A stretch of DNA of 46,909 nt, the filler included, from Sphacelaria rigidula (lineage: Eukaryota), in NCBI GenBank assembly GCA_964200075.2. It is 2 parts of 2 records of this genome, joined end to end, with 100 filler letters (N's around TTAATTAATTAA, not from the genome) between each part and the next. Parts side by side here need not be neighbours in the genome. Positions count along the whole stretch, not along the records: positions 1 to 23,407 come from CAXNAA020000263.1; 1 more part is not named here. One strand, written 5' to 3'. Below are positions 1 through 12,773 of the stretch, piece by piece. Each line of letters begins with the position of its first letter. Positions within the stretch are counted from its first letter, which is position 1. Under the pieces are notes generated by a model, which was given only the letters and a program-made list of their open reading frames with translations, searched no databases and had not been told where the DNA came from. Position numbers and translations under genes: made by a program.

Positions 1-29
1 ATCATGAGTACACAACAGCCCCCCCCCCC
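1..29 (+). repeat. Truncated 3' end of the C-tract-flanked dispersed repeat (also at 15579 and 42870)
   Basis: ATCATGAGTACAC followed by a C-run matches the end of the repeat copies at 15671-15687 and ~42977-42993. Confidence 0.55.
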
Positions 30-407
30 AAAAAAAAAAAAACCTCCAGGATTCAAAACAGGGGCATGGGGTCTCGGAATTGTTTTTGGGGCACTCTCGG
101 ATGACATCCAAATCCCATTCAAAGCGGTGAGCGAGTCGAAAACCGTTCACCTGTAATATGCAGCAGACTCTCCGTGAGGAGGGAAGGGTGCAAACGAGCC
201 AAGGCTGGCAGCACGGGTGGATAGGAGCCCAAAATGATTCACGACCGGACCCACAAGGACGCATGCAGTTGAATTGCAAGCCATGGTATACTTCGTATTT
301 TGTGGTCGGGGATTACCGTTTGTTTTCTATTTTTGATTCCACATGTCTTATGAAACGGCAAACGTGGGATATATCCGCAATATCACTTCAAGGTGTAGTG
401 ACAACGC

Positions 408-450
408 GTACTGTACTGTACTGTTCTGTTCTGTCTGTACCTGTACTGTT
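408..450. repeat. Degenerate (TACTG)n simple repeat
   Basis: gtactgtactgtactgttctgttctgtctgtacctgtactgt. Confidence 0.7.
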
Positions 451-850
451 CTCAGGTGCAGACCCCAATCCTACTGTCACATATTTCGTAATCATGAAAG
501 CATTTTTGTTTTGAACTCACCATACTAGAAATTGTATAAACATAGCTGGTAACGGCAAACTTGAAATAAACTGGATAAAGTGGAGTCCTCATCACCAGTT
601 CCAGTTTAACTGCCAGTACAAACTGGTCCAGTTCACAGATTTTTGCTTTCCACCGCACAATTTCGATCGAAAACGAACGTGCTAAGACAGGCCCTTCGGC
701 CGTATCTTATACAAAAACTAGACTCGAAAACATGCGGTCGAATCGAATTGGTCGCTACGAGGCAGATACGTCCACGGCATTTATGTTCTCAGGTACCTTG
801 AAGGCCATTTTATAGTTCGTTGCGCGCGGCGGGCAGCGTAAAAAGCAGAA

Positions 851-2714
851 AAGCTTATCTTTTGGAGCGAAACGAGCGGCGGAAGAAACGAATGGACACG
901 TATCTCCTGTGTTGCAGACAACCGTGCCAGATGCTACCCTTTCACAGAATTGCGCAAAAGCCATATGGTTCATTCGCAGCTACCTACTCAACCCTGCGGC
1001 ATGGATCACGAACTGAGCGCAGGGATACATACACGTCGGTGATAGGAAACCGACACCACCACACTTTTGGCATGATGTGTTTCTTCTTGTTGGCGAAAAC
1101 TGGAGCATCTGATTTCGTGGCAGGGTCCAGCGACTGAGTTGCGTGTTGGGGTGGGCGGTCGGATTGCCAACGCGCTCATGGACAGTAGAGGCGGTGCAGA
1201 ACTGCTCGTGGTTCACATCTGCTTCGCATCCTCCTGTATGCAAAGAGTCAGGAAGCTGTGCTGTCTGTATATGTCGCGTTGCCCGCTTTTTCTCGACATC
1301 GCGCCTGCATGTTGTGCGAAACATACACACTATCTACTAATACACAACAGTACAGGTCGCCACTTTAGTACAGTCTGTACAGTCTGTACTGTACTATACG
1401 AAGTATATGAGGAAGAAAGTACCGCTCCGCGAATTTCGCGTAGCCTTCTCGAATCAAAGCGTGCAAATTCGCCCGGACATAAACACGTGAGAGCGAACTG
1501 AATCAGTTCCGCCGCGCGAACTCGTTGGAGTCGAAGAAGAATGGGTACGACACGGCCTTAGGCCAACGCTAGTGGCAGCCGATCAAAATTGCTGTCGAAA
1601 ACGGCCTTTTGGGCCCTTCTTCGATTTATACCCGAAAAGAAGGCTAGGCGGATGTCGACGCCTCGGAACGATTCGCTCCACTCGTTCAAACCGTTTTAAG
1701 GCAACTTCGCATTTCCCGCTGGCCGCACTTTTGTTTTTGGCCAAATGAGGCCACAGGACGATTTTCAGTAGAAAACGGTCAGGTGATCAAAATTTCCCCC
1801 TGTTTTGTCAACGCTCGACCGTTTTTTGTTGAAAATCCGTGTGTGGCCAAAAACGAAAGTGCGCCCAGCGGGAAATGCAAAATTGCGCCGGAACGGCCTC
1901 AATGAGTAGAGCAAGTCATTCCAAGGCGTCAGCATCCGCGTAAAACGACGGAGAAGGGCCCAAAATGTAGTTTTGAACATAAATTTTAAACGGCTCCCAT
2001 TAGAGTCGGTCTCAGGCCGTGTCTGGACAAATTTCCCTCGACTCGAACGAGTTCGTGCGGCGCAACTGATTCAGTTCGCTTCCATGTGTTTGGGTCCGGC
2101 CGAATTTGTACGCTTTGAATCGAGAAGGCTAAGCGGAATTCGTGAAGCGGTACGAGTGCTTGTTTGCTTACACTCAATACACAGTACTGTACAGAATGTA
2201 CAGAGTTTTGGAGCAGTGGTGCTGTAGCCTGTCCTGTCTAGATAGTGTATCTTTCGCACAGCATGCAGGCGCGATGTGGGAAAAAAGCGGGCAACGCAAC
2301 ATAAAGACAGCACAGCTTTCTGACTCTCTGCATTCAGGAGGATGCGAAGCAGATCTGAACCACGTGCAGTTTTGCACCGCCTCTACTCGTACAGTCTATG
2401 AGGGCGTTGGCAAGTTGATCGCCCACCCCAACACGCAACTCGGTCGGTGGATCCTGCCACAAAATTATATGCTCAAGTTTTTGCCAACAAAAAAGAAGAG
2501 TGATGGTGTCGTTTTCCCATCACTGCAGTGTATGTATTCCTGTGCTCAGTTCGCGTGATCTATGCCGCAGGGTCGAGTAGGTGGCTGCGAATGAAGTATT
2601 TGGATTTTGCGTAGTTCTGTGAAAGGGTGGTGTCTCGCACGGTCGTCGGCAATATGGGAGTTACGTGCCCCTTCGTCCATCCCGCCGCTCGTTTCATTCG
2701 AAAAAGCGACGAGC
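851..2714. mobile_element. Large fold-back (palindromic) non-autonomous element, ~0.93-kb arms, centre ~1797
   Basis: The arms align as reverse complements throughout, e.g. 1762 TTTTCAGTAGAAAACGGTC vs 1817 GACCGTTTTTTGTTGAAAA, and 869 GAAACGAGCGGCGG vs 2682 CCGCCGCTCGTTTC. The ORF track shows mirrored peptides (RCPLFLDIAPACCAK on +, RCPLFSHIAPACCAK on -). The arms are visibly diverged and I could not fix a TSD. Confidence 0.85.
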
Positions 2715-3574
2715 TGGGCCAGCCTAAAAACGGATTTAAGCTCTAAAAGCAGTATCTCATCGACATAGACGAGTTGGGCCATGATCCGCATATCGTGTTA
2801 ATCGTCCAATCAAGGGGAAGGTGCCCATCTGCTCAGTCATCTGGGCCATTTTTTTTTCTCTTTGAATAAATCTCATGTCTAGTAATTCCCATAACATACG
2901 GTAATGGCGCTGACACTAAAATCTATATGAAACCCCGAACAATGCATTTAGCGGATCATGGCGATACCCTAACCCTCACCCAATTCGTTATCTATCTCGA
3001 GATATGGCGCGCATATGGTTCCATACTAAGATCAATATTTCACGAGCAGAGGCACTAGACGCCCTAAGTCTGGATATCTGGTCTCAGCTTGTGAGAGCTG
3101 TGCTATGAAATTTGGTATGGAGAACAGCTAGTACATTATAAATGGAAGAAAAACAGCTTTTTACATTTTTTTCTCTTTTTTTCTTCTTCATTTTTTCGTG
3201 ATTCTAAAGGAGTTTTTTAGGAGAAATGAACATTGCTCTTGGGCCTTATTTATGTTTTTAGCTCAATTCTCAAAATTGTGATTCGAAACTTAGTATGGAG
3301 AACGACAGAGGTATGCTGAATAGAAGAAGGGTCTGCAATTATTTTTTTGGCAGAGGTTCGGGCGTTCTCGTGAAACAGTGGTCGTTACCATACTAAAAAC
3401 GCCCTAAACCAGCGAAAACAAAATCAACACCAACCTGATTCTTTTTTATTGGTGCATCATGACATCATGACCTCGCGAAGTCCCGCGCAAAGTTTTAAAA
3501 CACAAGCACCAAACGTGTGCCGATAGACGGTCTGCAGAACTCTGTTCCGAATTTCCGCCGGCCCGGTTTAGAAA

Positions 3575-3844
3575 AGGCGAATTCGCAATTTTTTATTTGA
3601 AGTTGGACAATAAAATTTGGTATGCACAATCAACAGGACATGAAAAAAAGCTGTGTGTGGGGTCCCAAAGTTTTTTTTTTTCGAGAGTTTAGGGCTATAA
3701 TCAGTTTCAAGGTTTCGATAAAATGCTGTTGAATCACACAAAAAAATCCTTTATGACCCCGCACACTGCTGTTCTTCATGCCCTGTTAATTGTCCATACC
3801 AAATTTCACTGTCTAACTCTGAGTAAAAAATTGCGAATTCGCCT
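3575..3844. repeat. ~270-bp inverted repeat (MITE-like), ~105-bp arms
   Basis: AGGCGAATTCGCAATTTTTTA...AAATTTGGTATGCACAAT pairs with ATTGTCCATACCAAATTT...TAAAAAATTGCGAATTCGCCT. Confidence 0.85.
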
Positions 3845-3919
3845 GCACACTACAAATCCGCTTGTAGGATGGCCCAGCTCGTATTGTTTTCTGTTTTCAA
3901 CCCTGCCCGTCGCGCGCAT

Positions 3920-4650
3920 CTAAATATAAAATGGACTTGAAGCCATCTAAGAACATAAGTGCCGTGTACGCATCTGATACGGCCTCGTCGCGACCAATTC
4001 GATGCGACCGCATGATTTCGAGTCGATTTGTTTTCATGAAGATACGGCCTTCGACCCTTTTCATGGGGGCAAATCTGGACTTGTACGAATCTGAGAATTT
4101 CAACTCGCCTGCCGGCGATTTTCTCCCATGGATTGATTTTCCGAACCCCAGCCCGTTGGGCAGTGTTTCTGAGCAAGCGGTGTGACAAAACCGGATCAAC
4201 TGTTCGAGTCCCTGGACGTTAAGGTTTGGTATGTCACCTCTTTGCTCAAATCGAGACACTCTCGAATATGTGTGTGCGAGGGACAGACTTGCGCCGCAAA
4301 TCTGTTTTCTGTGCACGCATACTTGAGAGTGTCTCGATTTGAGAATAAACGTGACATAACAGAAGTCAGCGTGGACAGAAACGGAGAATTCATATGAATT
4401 TCTCGCAGCTAGCCGGGATGCGTTGCCCAACGGACTGGAGTCCGAAAAATCAGCCCACGGGAGAATATCATCTGCAGACGGACCGGAATCCTTAGATTTG
4501 TACAACTCCAGTTTTTTCCCCATAAAACCCAGTCTTTTCTTTACACAAAATGACATGATTTTTGCTGCTCGTGGTGTTGTCTTCACTTCAGGGCAGTCAG
4601 ACGCTATTCCAGGCCACATCCCGGAGATTTTCAAGTTCAATACATTGTGC
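3920..4650. repeat. ~730-bp diverged fold-back, centre ~4293
   Basis: CTCAAATCGAGACACTCTC (4246) pairs with GAGAGTGTCTCGATTTGAG (4325). Mirrored peptides LPWIDFPNPSPLG (+) and LPWADFSDSSPLG (-). Outer limits are approximate. Confidence 0.8.
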
Positions 4651-5789
4651 CAAATTTGACAGATGACGTATACCAGTATATGACCAACATTGGTCAAGTC
4701 GGATTCTGGCGAGGGGTGCGTGGTAGCGTAGACTACGAGAGAATAGTCGTCCGGGGGGGTGCTCTCTACAGTGATTCCATGGGTGGTATCCACCGCTTTG
4801 GCCTCTGCCGTGAGAATGGCAACATTTCTGGATGAGATGAAAAGTTTCTTCGGGATTTTTGAAGTACGTAAATAATGATAAAAAGTCGTTATCCGGAGAT
4901 TTCATCTACGCATCCCCTCCCCCGTCAAATCAATCGTCACACGGGTGGTATTTACCGTTTGGGTGCGTTAACAAAAAAGATGCACCTAAGCACATGAGCA
5001 CGTCGATAGAACGTGCAAATTATAAGCATTGGACAAATTTGTGGGGTAAAATCGAGAAGACTCATTCGCGGAAGTCAGATTCGCAGGAAACCCATGATGG
5101 TTTCACTAATTTGTTGAAAATGATTTTGCGCACCCAGGGTCGTTCTCTGCAGGCGCGTGGTATCGCTTTCTGTTATAGCCTGAGAATAGGCAGGCGGCGA
5201 ATCATCTTTCAAGTACGAGATTGTACCGTGGTACTCTATGGTGTAATACAGCGCTGTACTCTGTATAGAATCATCATAGTTCAGGATAGTGCCGAGCGGT
5301 AGTACGTACTGCAGATCGGTGTGCGAGAAGAGTACAGTACCGTCCGTTGCGGTGATCCATACGGCACTGCAGTGCAGTGTGTAGGGCACGGCATCGACAC
5401 TTTTCATCTGCTTGTCAAACGCCGTAACGTGTGCTACGCAGCTGCCCCAGCACCTGGCACAGGTAGGCTCGGTCCGTGCTGTCACGAAACGGTCTGCTGC
5501 TGCGGTTTGAAAGGTATGAGCGCCTGTTGCCTTGTTATCGTACGTCACTGTACGCACGCCACCTTCCTGCAAATTGGGGAGACTCTAGCTTTCCCCTGAT
5601 CTGTAGCGTACATTGGAGGATGTTCGTGCGGAAATAGAAAATCTCGATCTGAGCTGCCTCGATCTCTGGGTCATTTTGGGGTCGATAAGAAGTAAATCCT
5701 GATCTGAGCTCCCCCGATCTTCGTACAGATGAAGATTTCATCACGATTTGTGTCGCCGTTAAAACTAGTCTTATCCCCGCCACCCCGCC

Positions 5790-6330
5790 CCGTTTCTCCT
5801 CACCCGGGGATAAAATGGCTCTATCCCCTCCCTAGACACGAGGGGGTGGATGTGCTCTACCGTTTTCGCTTTTTACATGGGCATTTGACACACGAATGGC
5901 GATGCCCCGAAACACGCGGGGGGCATCGCCAGAACGTATCTGCCTCATTATATTCCCATGTGAGACCCCTCCTGCTCCCATCCTCTTTCCCGGGGATGAA
6001 ATCAACACATTTCGAACCCAAACCCTCCCTGGACAATCTCAACGGAAATGGGGGTCTTGACCGACGTTTGAGCCATGTGCGGCCGGACAGCAACATATCT
6101 TAACGCGTGACCGATACCAATATGAAGCGAACAATCTAATGATACGTTTTCCTCAACCCTTTGGCGCTGAGAGGTCATCTGTTGACCTGGCATCAGTTGT
6201 ACTAAAAAGAAGTGTATGCATGATCCCGATGGAATGCCCTCGCGGTCTTGGGGTTAACCTGTTGATGTACTGCCCCTGCCCCTTCCCCGCTTCTCCTCCC
6301 GGAGGATAAAATCATCTTACCCCCTCTACG
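5790..6330 (+). repeat. Degenerate repeat with recurring CCCGG(G/A)GAT(A/G)AAAT motif; related copy at ~8140-8260
   Basis: Motif at ~5802, ~5988 and ~6298. 5892 ACGAATGGCGATGCCCCGAAACACGCG resembles 8146 ACGAATGCGATGCCCCTGAACACGCG. Perfect 12-bp stem 5897-5908/5920-5931. Confidence 0.5.
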
Positions 6331-6469
6331 AACAAGCTCAGCGGGGAAGGAGGACGTTATCAGGCATGTGAGCCATTTAACAGCTAGTCTGAACACAAGA
6401 TTGGTACCAATAGAGAGCATACAAGCTACCCTATCGCATACGAGCTGGTTTGTGCTCATCACACAAAAA

Positions 6470-7175
6470 ACATTCATCGGCAAAACCTCACGCCACTTCA
6501 AGTAGTTAGACGCTGAAATTTTGCACACATGCTCTATTGGTCATAACGCAACTCTTCAAGGTCGAGATTTTGTTTTTTTTCTCCACTTGTTGACTTTTTC
6601 CACCGTTTTCGGGAGTCCCAGGTTCTTGGGGGGAAGCTTTGATCCATTCTAACCCCGTAAAGCTGTAAAAATACAAAAATAGAAAATCCTTGTTCATCCG
6701 AAGTTGCCAAATGACCCCCACCATAGGTGTGCAAAATCAAGGTCTAAATTTTTTAAACCGCGTGAGGTATTTCGCGTTTATGCGATGAACTGTGCCGTAT
6801 CACGATGAAATCGCAAACTACTTGATTTTTGTATGAAAATGACGTCTTTGAGCTTCCTTTGTCGTGATCATGAAAATACAAGCATCAGGTAATCGATTTT
6901 TGCCACGAAATTTTGTGGGGCCCCTCCTTGAGTTATGCGGCGACAACTTGCTCACGACAAAATAAAGAAAACGCAGAGCCGGTTTTCCGAGATCCCAGAA
7001 TGGAGACTACTTCGAAAAAACGACATGAATCCCGTCGGACCCCCGAAGAGCGGTGAAAACAGCATGAAGTCAAGACACCATGTCCATCAAAATTTGCGTA
7101 ATGATCCAGATCACATTTGTGCAAAGTTTCAGGGTCTTACTCCTGATAACTGCGTGAAGGTTTGTGCGAGAATGT
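6470..7175. repeat. ~700-bp diverged fold-back, centre ~6795
   Basis: TAGACGCTGAAATTTTGCACACATG (6507) pairs with CATTTGTGCAAAGTTTCAGGGTCTTA (7114). GTCATAACGCAA pairs with TTGCGTAATGAT. AAAATCAAGGT pairs with ACTTGATTTTT. Confidence 0.7.
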
Positions 7176-8052
7176 AAGCTTGAAGCGTGCAACTTCTAAC
7201 TACTTGGTTTTAGTATTTCAACGCATTTTTTGGTGAATTTCACGTCAAGGCAAGAAACAATTTATGATATTTTCGAGTTTCTCGATCAACTTTTGTACAT
7301 GTGTTCCTTGGACTATTCCGGGACGCAGCATATTGTCTGTTATTCTTTTCAGGCATTGTGTACCAGCTTTCGGGATCTGTGTATTGGGACCCCCGGAAGC
7401 TGGTAGAGGACGTAGAATCTTGAAATCGTGTCAAGAATACAATCTGTCCATGTGAAGCATCAATACCTACGGAACTGCCAAGTTTGAGGGTGATCTGAGC
7501 TTTTCTACTCGAGATGAAAGAGGAGCCGTTACGAGGCTCCCTGGGTCTTTCGTGCGTATGATGAGTGGAATTTAGAGGACGCCAAGACTGCACATTACCG
7601 TAAAATCACGGTTTCGGGTATTCCTCGACCCCGTTGCAACCGTTTTCAAATATTTTTTCCCTGTTCGATTCCCGAGCTGTTGGTAGTTACCACGACTCGA
7701 GCATGTGGAAGTTCGGTGAAAATTGGACTCGTAGCTCGTGTTTTCAATTTCAGAACAGTTTGAAGGGCGCTGATTGGTCAAAGTACTTCGTCGCCCTTAG
7801 CGCTACCAGTGTGGCCCTGAACACATATTTGGTGATGTCACGCTCTTCGGCTGTTTATAGTGGTATGATATTATGTATGCGACTATTGTGTAGGTATTGC
7901 GAAAGACATTTGCCGATGACACAATTTTGGGTGATGAGCGTGAACCAGCTCGTAATACTTTTCGTTTTTTTCAAGGGATTACAGACACCCCGGGGGCCAT
8001 ATTGTCCCATCCCCTCCTCACGTATGTGCTGCGTTCATGATCTACTTCAAAA

Positions 8053-8118
8053 TTGATTTGATGGGTTGATTGATTCATTGTCGTGCTTGAACTGACATCC
8101 CAGCGATCCAGCTGTGGT
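8053..8118 (-). mobile_element. 5'-truncated SINE/LINE 3' end with (CAAT)n tail
   Basis: The reverse complement reads CCACAGCTGGATCGCTGGGATGTCAGTTCAAGCACGACAATGAATCAATCAA, homologous to 30091-30142 and 41148-41203. Confidence 0.7.
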
Positions 8119-9802
8119 CACGTGATGTGGCTAGGGCCAGTTGAAACGAATGCGATGCCCCTGAACACGCGAGTGGTCACTCGAGCGTATGCATCTTACT
8201 CGCTGATTCGAGGCCATCCTTCCCCCTCTCCCCGACGATGAGATGAGCATACAAGCTGATTCACGGTCATCACCCAGATGTGTCAGTCTTACTTTTCGTG
8301 CAAGTATTTGTAACAAGAAATGAAGCTCCTCTCATCCCCTCGCGCACTGCTGCAACGCCCAACCCCAGCTCTAGACGCGTGGACTTATTGATTGTGGTCT
8401 ACATGAGATGTTCCCGAAGTTTCAGCGCATAGTAGCGACGACAGGGCGCGCACGATCGTGCCTCCTGATCCAGGCATCTCTACAGTCGATACCGGAATGG
8501 CTTTTCTACAGATTGTCGTCCTCCAGAGGCGCCTGCAGAACTGATCTCTGTTTGTTTGTGAGCACTGTAACCTCCCAGGTGGTCATGATGCGGAAGTGAG
8601 TCCACTACCATATCCACATATGCATTCACTCACGGTGCACAGAATCTCGGCGGCTAGATGGCCGTTTGAGAGCATACAGACGGTATCGCTCAAAATCGGG
8701 GTTTGCTTTTGTTTAAATCGCTTGTGGAAGGAAAGGGGCTGTGCTTCGGTACACACACTGGCTGTGGTGTGCCCGACTGGTGCACCAGGTTTCACTTTGG
8801 TGCCTTGGGCGGCGGTCGAGAACTTCAAAGTCAAAAATGACGTGTAAATGTCGAAAATGGCACCGGTCAACCGTCGAAAGATACACCAGCTGCAGTTACG
8901 CCGCATAATCCTCGTACCAAGCCATACTGGCGTAACCGCTGCGCCCCTGCGGCAGCACAGGAGGGATGGGAACAAGTGCACAACCGTACTTGCCAGCGCT
9001 GTGGGTCTGGCCCCGCCACATCGCCCGGCCAAACGATATGCTGCCATGAATCATATGTCGGCATTAACAGGGCATCTAGTGTTGTGTTCCCAGTGCACGC
9101 CGTATTGGACTGCAGGCGACAGAAAACTGTGCACGATTGCACTGCAGAGCACGGTGCAGCAGCTTTGTACAGTAGTCACGCATGAGGCAAAGGGGTGCAG
9201 CACATCACACACTTTCATACGGTAATTTATGTGAAGTTTTCAGCTTCGAAGGCGGCGCAATCGGCTGTACAAAGCATGCATGCACAAAAGTGTGTCGTGT
9301 TACTTGCTCGTTAAAGCCAATGACCTAATTATTTTTCACGTGGACTGAATACATCATGCACTAGCCGGTACGCGTTCTGTTGGTCTCGTACCCTGAGCGT
9401 GGTCGCCACCTATCGGCGTTTCATTGTGCACGAGATGCATTAATGAAAAGCACCACTATTCAGATCACCACACGCGGAAAATCAACACTTTTTCAGCCAG
9501 AAATTTACACCGACGATGCCGCCCTGAGCGAAGCTTGCCACTGATGCCACGCGGTGGACCGGTACTCCATTGTGTCGGGCCCGCCGCTCGTGTGAACTGT
9601 GTCTACTTCACGGCTGATATCAGTCGGATGCTTGTGAAATGCTTCTTCTATGCGCACATTCCGATATTGGATTTTTTTTTTTTCCCGCGCACGACTGGTA
9701 TGTCATCAACAAATAACACGGGATTTTACGGATTGAGGACGGATTTTCTTCAGGCTGAATCTCGTGACCCTTGAGGCCGCTCCTCATGACAAACCAAAAG
9801 TT

Positions 9803-10130
9803 GATCCTGTGATGATGCTTCGTCGGTCCTTGTCCGTCGTTTAATGCCCTGAAAGAGAGCTAGGCGGAGTTTGGCACATTGGAAGGACTTTTCCACTCGT
9901 TGAGACGTTTTCTAGAACACCTTCGCGTTTCCCGTTAGTCGCAGTTGTTTCGTGGCCGAGCAAGCATTTTTATCCAAGAATTGTCGAGCACGACTGAATC
10001 TAGAAAAAGCTGCCATTGCTCTCTGGACTTGACCGTCTCTGGACAGAAACGCTTGTTTTGGTCGAAAGCAAGAACTGCGGCTACCAATTCCAACGACCAC
10101 AAGGAACGGACGAAGCGGAGGAAACGGATC
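9803..10130. repeat. Diverged inverted repeat with a ~90-bp insertion in the left arm
   Basis: 9803-9841 pairs with 10092-10130. 9936-9978 (TAGTCGCAGTTG...TATCCAAGA) pairs with 10038-10083. Confidence 0.7.
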
Positions 10131-10650
10131 ATATTCCATGCCTTCAGGCCCAGTATGTGGTGGTAGCATTACGTAGCAGCTTCCCTAGGGCGAGAACACC
10201 CACATACGGAATGTCCACGAAATCTTGCGGTATGGCGCAGATACGAATCCAGTGCACACAGGTTGTGCACATTAATGTAATGGACGGCTGGAAAAGGCTG
10301 CGCTCCTGTCGTTTTGCTCGTAGCCATTACAGTCACATTAAGCTCTTCTCACCCCTACGGTTCGTCATTTCCTTGTGGCTGTTGAAACATGAAGTTTTCC
10401 AAAATGGAAATTCGGCGCTTTGCTGTTTCTTTTTTATCGGAAGGGAGGCTGGACAAAATGATGCCTCCTCGGAATGATTTGTTTTCTTCTGCCGCAGGAT
10501 GGCGCTGCCCTTGACCCATCTTCCTGTCTGCCGTTTGACTTTTGGGCGACTACGATAACTGTTGACTCAAACCCTGAATGCCAAGAGGTGTCTTACATCC
10601 TCTGTTATTTTGTTTTGACATATTTCAAGGCTTTCCACGGCAGGGGAAGG

Positions 10651-10868
10651 CATCACATGACCATTCCTGAACCAGGCACACGTCTCACACGACCATGTTT
10701 CAACCGGGCACAGGTCTTTCACGACCATGACTAACCCGGGCACAAGTATGGCATGACTATTTGTGAAGCGGGCACAGGCCTCTCACGACCACGTCCAACC
10801 CCGGCGCACGCCTCACATGACCATGTTTGAATCGGGCACACGATCACATGTCCATCGTCGAAGCGGGC
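10651..10868. repeat. Minisatellite, ~7 copies of a 31-32-bp unit
   Basis: Consensus approximately GGGCACAGGYCTYWCACGACCATGTTTSAACC, repeated head to tail. Confidence 0.8.
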
Positions 10869-11030
10869 GGCAAAAGCGAAAATCTCACATTGCAACGTTT
10901 TAATCGGTTCATTACAAAACATCAAAATAGGGAAATGACACGCGCATTATCTCGGACGCGTGAAAAGCTGCGCGTTACGCGTACCATGCGACGGGGTTGT
11001 TTGTTGCCGTGTATGTGACAAAAGCGTGTA

Positions 11031-11627
11031 CTTCCTCTGAGCCGTAAGTCTGTGCAGTTATGGACGTTTGATTGTTTGGCTACTTCAACGCTGATGATCA
11101 TCCTATGGTTGGGTTCGTAAGAGAGATAACGCGCAGACGAAGCTGACTTGAAAACAGAAGGAGGAAAAAAAAGTTGTTTTCAATACTAGTCTTAGATCAA
11201 AATATACCCCACTCTGGCCTTTTTTGGTCCACTTATACCTCAAACGTTGACCGAGTTTGGACGTTTTTACGTCGAGCACTAGCGATCACATGCTGAAAAA
11301 TTGTCAGATGGGGCGTGCATATGTTAACGTCACGGAGGTATCCAAATCAGTGGTGGTTTTGCGATTTTCACATTTTTTTCACGGTTTTTCGCGGTTTCTG
11401 GGTCTGCTGTGCTTTACTTGGGGAAAAAAGTGAAAAATGCCCAAATTTTGACCGGCTCACGTTTTCTCGGTCGCGAGACTGCACGGGTCAAGCACCCATG
11501 TTGCACGAAGAGTATTGTTTGTAGCTAAAAAAACGCCAACGAATGCAGCCAAAAAATCGAAAATCAAATCGGACATCTTTAAGGGCTCATATAAACATAA
11601 CTGCACAGAGTTATGGCACAGAGGGAG
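11031..11627. mobile_element. Stowaway-like (Tc1/mariner) MITE, 597 bp
   Basis: TA|CTTCCTCTGAGCCGTAAGTCTGTGCAGTTATG ... CATAACTGCACAGAGTTATGGCACAGAGGGAG|TA gives ~32-bp TIRs with the CTCCCTC terminus and TA TSD typical of Stowaway elements. Confidence 0.85.
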
Positions 11628-12773
11628 TATATATACATACATCGATTTAGTACAAATGCTTCGAAAAATGGCATAAAATGACGTGGTCATCTGTGAAATG
11701 TGCCGGCCATGATTAAACAGCCTGTGCGCCAGAGAAATCACGTTCGCTGCGTACTTGCTTCGTGTACGAATGTGACGGCAAACATTCTGTGCCTTCGAAC
11801 TCTCGAAGAGTTTGCACCCAGCCTTATTTGGTGGCTGTCGATGAGTGCGTTCTATTATGGCTACGTAGTTAGGTTCCTTCCTTCCGACGAATGGCGGACG
11901 TTCACTATGTTGTTTGTGTCGGAACTGTGCAGAAGTAACGCCTACTCGAGCTGTCTACACATGAATCGAATCCCAACAGGAAGTAATCGTGCAAAGAGGA
12001 TCGTAGCTTTTCTTTCAGATCCTGGATCATGGATTCTAGTTCCCTGCCGTTTTGGCTCGATCGGTAGACTATTCATGGTCAACGCGCCCTGAACACAGAT
12101 TGGAGCCCTTGTCCGATGAAACAATTTGTGCTGTCTACTGTTGTCATCCCATTTCATCCTGCCAACTTACTGTCTGACAAGATGCTGATGATGACCATGT
12201 GTACAAAAGTCATCGATTTCTCCAATTTGCCGATTTGAAATCGACCATTGTACCTTCGCTGGATGTTGTCGGATCGACGAACTAGATATGTCATACTGTT
12301 CCCACGAGTAAGGGCTTTAACCCTTATTCGGGGTGCATTAGCTGTACAGTCCGTCATCCAGGCCAACTCCAGGCCAACTCCAGTAACTAGAGAATGGTCC
12401 AGGACTGCTTCATTTTCTGGTGTCTCCACTCCGAGAGATAGCCGTGAGTTACACACTGCCTCATGGATGTCTCACCCGTTACACACTACGTAGTGTGATA
12501 ATCCCCTTTGCGCGGTGTTGAGGTTCTCCCACCCTGCGAAATATGATGTGGCTCGACCACCATCATGGTTGCCGCAAGAACAAACGGAAGCACAAAAAAC
12601 AACCTGACCTATTTGCGTAGCTTACGCAGTGAGTGATAAGTTTTACACTTTCGATTCCAACCGACGCCAACCCGACTGGATGAGGGGCGAAGTTTGCACA
12701 TAAAATGAGTAGAATCACGAGACGCACACAAAAACGAGGAAATAAATCATTTCTGATTGTCATGATGAAGTCG

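Noticed and set aside
3897-4793. 298-aa minus-strand ORF
   Set aside because: It lies almost entirely within a palindrome, so its halves are sense/antisense of each other, and it has no recognisable domain.
10498-10587. Isolated + strand exon-like segment (DGAALDPSSCLPFDFWATTITVDSNPECQE)
   Set aside because: Good acceptor but weak donor, no partner exons and no recognisable homology.
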